This document shows, one piece after another, positions 1 through 8,400 of a DNA stretch of 32,000 bases (the stretch's first letter is position 1; each line of letters opens with the position of its first letter). The stretch spans positions 4,950,001 to 4,982,000 of the forward strand of contig NC_014148.1 in the NCBI RefSeq assembly GCF_000092105.1. The letters run 5' to 3'. Both the position numbers and the translations under genes were made by a program. This stretch comes from Planctopirus limnophila DSM 3776 (GTDB lineage: Bacteria; Planctomycetota; Planctomycetia; Planctomycetales; Planctomycetaceae). Below the pieces are notes generated by a model. That model worked only from the letters and a program-made list of their open reading frames with translations. It was not told where the DNA came from and did no database searches.

Positions 1-14
1 GGAAAGAACTGCCC

Positions 15-1466
15 ATGTCGGCTCAAGATGGCTCATCACCCAGCGTACCAACTCCAGGAACCCGCCCGGATTCCACCAAGGCGCTCTTTAATCCTTTAAC
101 TCCGCAGAATCTGGCTCTTCGCGATCAGGAATTCAATTGGGATCTCGCTGCCGAAAGTATCACTGTTCGCATTCGCTGGTTCGGTGTTCTCGTGGGGTTC
201 GTGCTGGTGAACTTCGTGGGCAGTGGTGAGAACCAGTTCATCCTCAATGCCATTCTCACTCTTGGTGCGATCTACGCGATTGTCGACACCTGGTACAGCT
301 TGCGAGGACTGGTCTTTCTCGATGCCGCACCACTACTGATCTCGATGATGGAAGCCGTCTTTATCGGATTGCTCTGTTACTTTGATGAGGGCCTGCTCAG
401 TCCCTTTCGATTTTACTATTTTTTATCACTTTTGGTTTGTGCGCTGCGTCATCCCGCCTGGATGACCTACATCTCACTTCTGTTTCACACAGCCAGCTAT
501 GCCGCTTTAACTTTCAGTGTCACCCTCACCAATGAGCGGATGCTGGCGCTGGTGTTTATGCTCGTGCTGATGCTCTGGGTGACATGGGCGACGGTCTCAC
601 TTTCCGACCTGTTAATGCGGGCCGGGCGCAGGCTGGCCATGCTTAATGATGTTCTCAGGCAAAACCAGGGCGAACTCGAACAGCGGATTAACGAGCGCAC
701 CAGGCAATTGCAGGAATCGCAGGCCATGCTGGTGCAGCACGAAAAACAGGCCGCATTCGGGTTGCTGGCTGCAGGCATCGCCCATGAGGTTGGCAATCCT
801 CTGGCTGCCATCAGTTCGCTTGTGCAACTGCTCAATCGCCGGGATATCGATGCGCACACGCGGGAAAAGCTGCATCTCGTTGACGATCAATTGCGGCGCA
901 TTCAGCGAACATTACGCGAACTGGTCGATTTCAGCCGCCCTGCCACGAACGTTGAAACCAATTGCGACATTCACGAAGTCCTGGGGGCCGCTCTCAGTAT
1001 TGCCAAGTATTACAAACGGAAAAAGGGTAAGCGAATTGTCACGGCTTTTGCCGAGAACATTCCCCGGGTTCGCGCTGTCCGCGATCAACTGGTGCAGGTT
1101 TTCCTGAACCTGATTCTTAACGCGCTGGACGCCACAGAAGAAGGGGGCCAGATCCATATTTCGACCTCGATTGCCGACGGCTGGTTGAGGATCGATATCC
1201 GCGATGATGGGCATGGGATTGAACCTGCCGCCCGCTCGCGAATTTTTCAGCCTTACTTCACCACCAAATCGACAGGGACTGGCCTGGGGTTGTTCGTTTG
1301 CCGGAACATTATCGAACAGCAGTTGTATGGTCGTATTGAACTAACGGCATCCAGTTCATCGGGTTCCACATTCACGGTGTTTCTCACGAGTGACGCCATT
1401 CAATCGATTGGCCAGCGACCTGCAGGGATCGAAGTGGGCGAGTTACCAGCAGAAGAGCTTGCATGA
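15..1466 (+). CDS. Sensor histidine kinase with a membrane-embedded multi-TM N-terminal sensor, coiled coil, HisKA and HATPase_c
   Basis: 483-aa ORF with an ATG start. The first ~200 aa contain about 5-6 hydrophobic segments and no large periplasmic loop. H-box AAGIAHEVGNPLAAI, N-box LILNALDA, G1 DDGHGI and G2 STGTGLGL are present. No response regulator gene lies next to it inside the window. Confidence 0.85.
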   Translation: MSAQDGSSPSVPTPGTRPDSTKALFNPLTPQNLALRDQEFNWDLAAESITVRIRWFGVLVGFVLVNFVGSGENQFILNAILTLGAIYAIVDTWYSLRGLVFLDAAPLLISMMEAVFIGLLCYFDEGLLSPFRFYYFLSLLVCALRHPAWMTYISLLFHTASYAALTFSVTLTNERMLALVFMLVLMLWVTWATVSLSDLLMRAGRRLAMLNDVLRQNQGELEQRINERTRQLQESQAMLVQHEKQAAFGLLAAGIAHEVGNPLAAISSLVQLLNRRDIDAHTREKLHLVDDQLRRIQRTLRELVDFSRPATNVETNCDIHEVLGAALSIAKYYKRKKGKRIVTAFAENIPRVRAVRDQLVQVFLNLILNALDATEEGGQIHISTSIADGWLRIDIRDDGHGIEPAARSRIFQPYFTTKSTGTGLGLFVCRNIIEQQLYGRIELTASSSSGSTFTVFLTSDAIQSIGQRPAGIEVGELPAEELA

Positions 1467-1526
1467 AACCACCCCGCAAGCTCTGATACCCACTTCTGTG
1501 ATAGTTCATGCTGGATGACCAAATGC

Positions 1527-1685
1527 GTGGCTGGGGTCAAACGTCCTCGTTTGCCCCCAGTTCATTTGACTTTGATTGTTAATGGCAAACATGCTTGAAC
1601 GTCAGAAAAACATATTAAGGATGCATTTGTGCTGGCAGCGCCATGGAACTGGGGGCGGATGAAGACATCCGACCCCAGCCACCCC
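1527..1685. repeat. 159-nt REP/BIME-like hairpin doublet: B-type unit 1527-1560, 88-nt spacer, A-type unit 1649-1685
   Basis: The B unit is GTGGCTGGGGTCAAACGTCCTCGTTTGCCCCCAG. The A unit is CTGGGGGCGGATGAAGACATCCGACCCCAGCCACCCC. Each unit folds into a 13-bp stem with one G.A mismatch and a 4-nt loop. The two units are inverted relative to each other. Near-identical copies occur at 5142-5300. Confidence 0.8.
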
Positions 1686-1793
1686 CAGGTGACGTTTGAC
1701 GCAGAACAACCATTGGGTGAATCGTGCTGTGTGGTGGATATCAAACAGCAGCTTTGAGTTAACAAATTCTGGTAAGAATCAACGTACAATTCG

Positions 1794-2894
1794 GTGAAGG
1801 TCTTCAACCTCAGGTTTTCCAGTGAACCTCAACGATTGGCCCTTCATGTCAGGGAATACTTCGTGTCGGATACGACTGCTCCAGCCTCACTTCCTGAAAA
1901 AGCGGCTCCAGTCGCGAAGCCTTTATGGCAAAAGATCCTCAAGTGGGTGCTTTTTGCAGTCGTGCTGGTTTATGTCAGTCGGCATCTCTGGCAAATGTGG
2001 CGCGATGGCCAGGCACATACCATCACGGTGCATTGGGGTTATGTCGTCATTGCGATCGGGCTCTTCACACTCAGTTGGACACCTTCGATCTTTGTCTGGC
2101 GCAAACTCCTCCGCTCGTGTCATCAGGAGGCCGACTTGACGGTGATTGCCAAAGCCTTTTACATCGGTCACTTTGGCAAGTATGTTCCCGGCAAAGCCAT
2201 GGCACTGGCTATTCGCGGCTGGCTCGCGCGCGATGAAGCCGGTGTTCCCATGCGTATTGGTGTCTTGACCGCAGGCTACGAAGCCATTGCCTTTATGGCC
2301 GCTGGTTCCTTTTGGGCGATGATCTTTCTTCCCGTCGGTATGAAACGTCTCCTGAATGAATGGCAGATCCCCGACTGGTTCTGGTGGCTGTGGCCTCTCT
2401 TGATAGTCACTTTGCTGCTCATCTCACTGCCGGTTGTTGCGCAGCTCATGAACCAGCTTTCACGAAAAATGGCCTCACAGATCACCGATACGCCGCCATT
2501 AACCATCGGACCGTGGCAGCTTCTCGCACTTCTCGCACAGTTGAGCATCGCCTGGTTTATCAAAGCCATCGCCCTGGCCTGTTTATGGGTGGGTGTCAGC
2601 TCGGCAGGGGCAGATCTCCCGAACATGCCCACCTGTCTGGCAGCGGCCACTATTGCGAATGTCGGCGGCTTTCTCGTCTTCTTTGCACCCGCTGGCCTGG
2701 GCCCGCGCGAATGGCTCATGATCGAAGTCTTTTCTCAACCGGGCAGTCTGAGTTCCTCACAGATTGCTGTCATCACCATTCTGGCCAGACTCGTCAGCTT
2801 TCTGGGAGAAGCCGTCGGAGCGGTCATTTTCGCACTCGTCAGCCCTCGTCGGGCAGTCGTACCAGAAGTGCATGATTCAACCCCCGCACCATAA
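1794..2894 (+). CDS. Flippase-like / lysylphosphatidylglycerol-synthase TM-region (UPF0104) family integral membrane protein
   Basis: 366-aa ORF with a GTG start and about 8 hydrophobic segments. The GKYVPGKA motif after TM3 is typical of the UPF0104/LPG_synthase_TM family, recognised from memory rather than by search. The 3' end overlaps the convergent neighbour by 56 nt. Confidence 0.6.
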   Translation: MKVFNLRFSSEPQRLALHVREYFVSDTTAPASLPEKAAPVAKPLWQKILKWVLFAVVLVYVSRHLWQMWRDGQAHTITVHWGYVVIAIGLFTLSWTPSIFVWRKLLRSCHQEADLTVIAKAFYIGHFGKYVPGKAMALAIRGWLARDEAGVPMRIGVLTAGYEAIAFMAAGSFWAMIFLPVGMKRLLNEWQIPDWFWWLWPLLIVTLLLISLPVVAQLMNQLSRKMASQITDTPPLTIGPWQLLALLAQLSIAWFIKAIALACLWVGVSSAGADLPNMPTCLAAATIANVGGFLVFFAPAGLGPREWLMIEVFSQPGSLSSSQIAVITILARLVSFLGEAVGAVIFALVSPRRAVVPEVHDSTPAP

Positions 2895-5049
2895 CTCGCT
2901 GCTCTTCGCGCGAGCGAATTTTTCGCGTCCCGTACTGCGTTGATCCTCCCACATTTACAAGCGCAATAGGGGTGAGTTCCCACTCAAGTCGTGGTTCAGT
3001 TCGGGCAGGATCAGTCGCCTCTCTGGCCAGTTGAACGTTCAATTCCCAGACAGGATGCAGCAGTAAGGCATCAATCAGTTCATCAGGGACGGGGTCAGGC
3101 CATGTGTCCACCAGTTGCTGAGAAGTGATCCAGAGGGGACTGAATTCCGCCTTTAACACACCGCCCGAAATAAACTCAGGCAATCGCTCCGGATCAAACA
3201 CTTGGACTGACACCACAGTCTTCGTCCCCTCCTGCCCGTCACTCCAGAAGCGCGGCCAGATCAACGAACTGGCAGAGATGAAAATCACGAACCCGCTCGA
3301 AACCAGCCAGGGCCCTGTGAATTGCGGGTGGCGATGTTCGCTAATCTGAGCGACCACAGGTCCCTCGCCCTTATCCGCATGAATCGCTTTCAGCGCCAGA
3401 CGGCTCGGAAGCAGCCCCTGGAACGCGATCAGTAGGCAAAGAGGCCATGTTGCTGCCAGACCGCGGATCCCCGTATCGGGCAGAAAGAATGGCAACGAAG
3501 CGATCGTGGCAGCGGTTTGCAGCAACAGGTAGATCGAGAGTTTGTCGAGTGGCCGGATTCTTGCTTTCCACATCAACCACAGGCCAACACCCAGCACGAT
3601 CATTAAACCCAGCCATCGCGAAGGGAGCTTCATCCAGTGAATCATCGAAAAGACGATCCATTTGCCCGAAATCTGCAAACCTCTCAGATAGCCAATCAAG
3701 AGCCCCCAGGGCTGCTCGCGAAAAGCGTCATCTGCCAGTTGATAGATTCTCGCCACCTGCGCACGATCATCCGGCAGTTCCCGGATTTCAGGATGCTCGA
3801 TCAGGACTCGATTCCATCCCGGCTGACCAGTCACCAGCCCATACCATGTATGTGCAAAACTTCCCTGACCAACCGAATAACCGGGCCCATACCAGCCATT
3901 GAGCATGGGTTGAATCGATAACGCAATCAGCATCGCCAGCAAGGCTCCCGCACTGGTGCCAATCATCACCAATGCTCCTGGTTTCGAACTCTCATGAGTC
4001 ACCATGGCAGGATGCGCCCCATGCGGCACAGAGAGCCCCGCCTCATGACGATGCAGGGTGTGCTTCCCCACGCCCACTTTCAGTCGGCTTCTCAACCACG
4101 ACCATCCCGGAAAAAGCAGGACCAGCGGCCACAAGGCCTGACCAACCAGAACAAACATTGCCCCGGGACGGGCCGACAATCCCAGTGCCAGGATGCCACT
4201 CCCGATGGCATAACAGACGCCCATCGCACCGGGTTTCAATCCCGCTTGCACAGCGGGCACAATCCACGGGATGGCCAGCATTCCCAGCACTAACCCCAGC
4301 GGCTCCGACAGCATGGTGGGAGTCGATTCAAATGCAAAACGTTCGATCATCACAAAACTGGCATAGCGCACACTGAAATGGAATCCCGCCAGCTGAAACG
4401 TTCGATCCATGACACACCAGCTCATCGCCAGCAACATGGTTTGCATCAGGATCGCACTTTCCCACGAACCGCCTAATGAATAGCGCACAGCCAGCCAGAC
4501 TGAATTCAGAGGCCTTCGGCTCGGCCACGAGCTGATCTTTTCTCCCTGAAGAAACTCGACGGCCCCCTGGTAATAGCCCGAAGCATCACTCCACGGCAGG
4601 ATGCCACCAATCAGACTGCCATGAGGCGACGGTCTTACCCACGCTTCGGCCAGAGGGACTAAAAGGATGGTCGTCACGATGGCAGGGACCAGCATGGACA
4701 TGGCCCACGCGACGACAATTCTTTGCCATGCCGCAAGCGACCCTTGCGTGCTTTGCTGCGTGCCATGCTTGCAGCCCTGGGCAAGCATGTCTTCATGCTG
4801 CCCAAGATGTGATTTCGCGCCACGAATTGTATTCCACGGGTCAATTCGCCGAATCGACCACCAGACGACAATTGTCAGCCCCAACCACAACAGCGGAGCC
4901 ACCCACACCTGCACATAAGCGAGGCATTCTCTCCAGGTGGCACTCATCGCAAACAACAAGCCAGCCAGTACAATTCCCGCCAAAGGGCCAAGAGGTTGAA
5001 GCAGACGCTTTGCCACACTTTTCACCCAGAGGAGGTTCTCATTCTTCAC
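2839..5049 (-). CDS. Large polytopic membrane protein with a soluble ~130-aa C-terminal domain; function unknown, possibly a GT-C-type glycosyltransferase or polymerase
   Basis: 736-aa ORF with a GTG start (the start is uncertain) and at least 12 hydrophobic segments. An acidic/aromatic loop motif, WSDASGYYQGAVEF, follows an early TM and resembles the first-loop motifs of GT-C enzymes. The C-terminus is hydrophilic. The family call is speculative. Confidence 0.55.
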   Translation of the reverse strand: MKNENLLWVKSVAKRLLQPLGPLAGIVLAGLLFAMSATWRECLAYVQVWVAPLLWLGLTIVVWWSIRRIDPWNTIRGAKSHLGQHEDMLAQGCKHGTQQSTQGSLAAWQRIVVAWAMSMLVPAIVTTILLVPLAEAWVRPSPHGSLIGGILPWSDASGYYQGAVEFLQGEKISSWPSRRPLNSVWLAVRYSLGGSWESAILMQTMLLAMSWCVMDRTFQLAGFHFSVRYASFVMIERFAFESTPTMLSEPLGLVLGMLAIPWIVPAVQAGLKPGAMGVCYAIGSGILALGLSARPGAMFVLVGQALWPLVLLFPGWSWLRSRLKVGVGKHTLHRHEAGLSVPHGAHPAMVTHESSKPGALVMIGTSAGALLAMLIALSIQPMLNGWYGPGYSVGQGSFAHTWYGLVTGQPGWNRVLIEHPEIRELPDDRAQVARIYQLADDAFREQPWGLLIGYLRGLQISGKWIVFSMIHWMKLPSRWLGLMIVLGVGLWLMWKARIRPLDKLSIYLLLQTAATIASLPFFLPDTGIRGLAATWPLCLLIAFQGLLPSRLALKAIHADKGEGPVVAQISEHRHPQFTGPWLVSSGFVIFISASSLIWPRFWSDGQEGTKTVVSVQVFDPERLPEFISGGVLKAEFSPLWITSQQLVDTWPDPVPDELIDALLLHPVWELNVQLAREATDPARTEPRLEWELTPIALVNVGGSTQYGTRKIRSREEQRVMVRGLNHALLVRLPDEG

Positions 5050-5141
5050 AGGAGCAGAATCAATGGCATGCCTCCATTCTCAGGAACTTATACGCCTTGC
5101 CATGCGAAACAACGCTTGCGTGCCGAACAGCTTGTCGTAAC

Positions 5142-5300
5142 GGGGTGGCTGGGGTCGGCTGTCTTCATCCGCCCCCAGTCCAGCAGCGCTTTATTCGTTC
5201 ATTGCAACTGTAATGATTCCCAAGTTTGACCACGAACTTCGCTATGAAAAACCCAGGTCACATGTCCTGGGGGCAAACGAGGACGTTTGACCCCAGCCAC
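5142..5300. repeat. Second 159-nt REP/BIME-like hairpin doublet, inverted relative to 1527-1685: A-type unit 5142-5178, 88-nt spacer, B-type unit 5267-5300
   Basis: 5142-5178 is the reverse complement of 1649-1685 at 36/37 positions. 5267-5300 is the exact reverse complement of 1527-1560 (34/34, or 36/36 with the flanking GC). The spacer is again exactly 88 nt, but only about 43% identical in an ungapped hand alignment. Confidence 0.8.
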
Positions 5301-5481
5301 GCGATCAACATTCACACCAGTACAATTCAGCCCTTGGCCAATGGATCTGGTCAAGGATTCTCAAATGACGTTCAACGCATGATGTCAACTCGTCATTCGT
5401 ACCAGAGGCCTGCGCAGGATACCACAATCTCTTGGGGATGGAATCCTTACGCAATCGGAACTCGCCATAGCCAGCCGCTGG

Positions 5482-8400
5482 TCACTTTGTTCCGGGGGGA
5501 AGGATCCGCGTCGAATAGAACTCGCGACGAAGAATCAGCTCATCTCCTTCGCCAGCCTCGATGGTGACATAACCATTGAGAAACAGCGCATCATCAGCCG
5601 CTGCCATCTCGCCTGTCGTCGCCCAGTGAATTCTCTGGTGTCCCACAGCCCCGCGACTCCCCGCTGTTTCGGGAGTTGTCCAGCAGCGGACAATCACCGG
5701 GTAAGCCCGCGATACATCCAATGGCCAGGGCTCCTGATCGACTTCCACCCGCCACATGACCCGGCCTGTTTTTCGATCAATCGCAGTCATCTCACCCGCC
5801 AGATAAGGTTGTCGATAACCATTCCTAAGCTGCAGCGAAGGAGCTTCCAGCCGCATCTGGCTGCCATTTGAAGCCCCGACATAAAATCGATCCTTGTCGA
5901 AAGTGGCCACTATCCGGCTCACTTTCTCCGGCAAGCTGATGGCTATCGCAGGTGCCATCGCCATCCCTGTCTGCTGATCGAGCAATAACAGTTCACCTCC
6001 TCCCGATAAATCTGTGCGGCGGATCAAACCCATCGTCCATGCATCGAGCGGAAACGCATAGCAGATCTGTGAGGCTGCATGCACCCAGACATTCTCTCCC
6101 GTCACCAGATCATGGCAGATCAATTGATAGCGTATGGCCGGCAAAGACTGAGCCATTGCTCCTTCAGGTATGGGTTGTTCAGGTATGGGTTGCTGAAGGG
6201 CTTCCACCCGTTCTTCAAAGAGATAGCGGCCTTCGATCCACCAGCCCCGGGGAACTTCTCCGACAATCGTTGGGCTGCTCAATTGACGCCTCTTCGGCGT
6301 CGCCTGTGCAGGAAAACGGCCTGGCATCGCCTGTTTCTCCAGTACTGTGCCATCCAGTGCATCGAGTCGATAAATCCATTCGCGAGCGACATCAATCAGC
6401 ACAATGGTGTCAGAATCCCCCGCCAGTAATGACAGGGCAGGAATGTCGTCACGCGACCAGCGTGGTAAACCGGTCGCTGTATCGATCACTTCCAGCACTG
6501 CACCGCGAATCCAGGCGGTCAATTCCGGGGTGATCAGTTTTGCCTGACCAATCAGATTCCCGTAGGGATCGGCCACACCAAACGAAATCGGATCTGCCAG
6601 ATGACGACGCGCCTGTGCTGCCGGCACCCACTGATCGAGTGGATGCCGACTCTCACTCGCCAGTTCGTATGACCATAACTTGCGCGGCTGAGGCTCACCG
6701 GTGGCATTCAGCGGTTGAATGGCCATCACTTCGGCACCCACCTGCAAAATCAACAGACGACCCACTCCCGTCGCCTGATGGAGTGTCCATGCCTGCCTCA
6801 AAAGCGGAATTTCATCCTCTTCCTGTTGCTTCAGACCAAAGATCCAGGGCGATTCCACATGCTCTCCAGCAAAGCGAATGGCCGTCCCCGGGCGGGCTAA
6901 CGAAATATCGAGACGGTCAGCAACCAGTCCCGGCCACGAGGTTGCCGGTATGGGAAACTGATAGACCTCTTCATTCCGCTCTCGAATCGAAGGGAGCACA
7001 AAACCTTCACGAGTGACTTGAGGAACACCCAAGACAGGCTCAACTTTCCTGGGCAAAGTTAAGTCATGCTCACGAGAACTTTTCGTCGCCAGACGTGCTA
7101 ATGATCGGTGCTTCAACATCTCTGCGGCATTGGCATCCTCCAGCAGGCCGCGCTTTCTCCAGTCTTCGACAAGCTGGTTCCAGACCGAAGTCAGCGGTGC
7201 TTCCGCCAACTTGGCCGAGATTGCGGGAGTCACCTGCAATCGCTCAATCATGGCCAGAGCAGCCAGTTCTCGCCGCAGGTGATCAACGTCCGCCAAAGCT
7301 TGTGCTTCAGCGAGAAAATTATCTGAAGTCAGCCGGTGGTTTTGCAGATAGCTTCCCAGTGCTGTCCCCACCCAGAAGTCGGCTGCATCGAACGAATCGC
7401 ACTGGCACCAATCGGCAAACGTGTGAGTCCATCCCGGCCAATCGATGGGCTCACCACGAATTGAATTGGCTTCTCGATCTCTGGTGGTCTGGTGATAAGC
7501 TCGCATGGCCACTGCCAAGGCCCTGTGGGAAGGCCTAACCTGCAGAGCTGACGAAAGAAGACTCTTCTGCCCACGCTCATCGATGAACCCGCGTCGCCCA
7601 TCACCATCGATGATGCCCTGCACTGGCCTATCGCCGGATAACACTGGCCTATCGCCGGATAACACTGGCCCGTTGCCTGAAATCACAGGCCCCCAAGGAT
7701 TTTTCATAGCGGGTGGTTGGCCCGGGAAAGATTTTTCCGTCATCGCTCCGGAAGATTCCAGAGCATCAGCCTCACGAAGTTGCAGGAGTGAGATCGACTT
7801 TAAAGTCGCGAGAGCCTCTTGAGGAAGATCACATGCCAGCCAGTACCCGGCCAGTTCAATCCGCAGCGCAAGATGCTGATCAGGTGCCGTCGCCAGCAGT
7901 TCGCTGAGTCTGCGGGTAACCTCTCTGAATTCTTGTGGATGGAAGGAAAAATCTCCCCAGCACAATTTCTGTTGCAAAAGTTCAATGGCCTTTTTCCGAG
8001 CCAATGGCCCCAGTTGGGAAGGCAAGTCTTCATCGGCCAGTTGCTGAAGAATCTCCCACCCTGTTTGAAAGTCACCTTGAGCGACAGCTCGCGACCATTG
8101 AGTGGCTCTGCTTTCTTTGGCAGTGAATACTAAGTCAGGTCGAGGTTCGACAGTCAATCCTTGCGGGCTGATCGACCACAGCTCCTGATCTTTAATGAAA
8201 AGCGCTGCGGCTGATTCCTCGTGGTTTTCTGCGGGAAAAACAGCACGAACTTCTCCTGTTGTGGCCGATATCAGAAGTTTCTGACCGTTCGTCAGTGGTG
8301 CCAGAAGCCATGCCTGTTGATCAGCTTCCTGCAGCAGGACAGGGCGACCGGAAAGCCACCAGCCGTCTGCTACCGGATGTGTGGCCAGCAGCGAGGAGCG

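Noticed and set aside
1562-1807. ORFs spanning the REP-like hairpins: 1562-1807, 4996-5229, 5226-5567 and the tail of 4728-5213
   Set aside because: The only similarity between them (WGWLGSDVFIRPQ versus GWLGSAVFIRPQ) is the hairpin repeat read in one frame. The rest is unrelated, so the repeat, not a protein, is what is conserved.
1527-5300. The inverted-repeat-flanked cassette as a composite transposon or MITE-mobilised island
   Set aside because: There is no transposase, integrase or recombinase in or near the cassette, and I found no target-site duplication next to either 159-nt element. I kept it only as a structural observation.
7621-7704. The 21-bp direct repeats as a possible CRISPR array or other non-coding array
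   Set aside because: The units abut with no spacers, there are only 2 perfect and 2 degenerate copies, and they are in frame inside a long ORF encoding a heptapeptide repeat. No cas genes are present.
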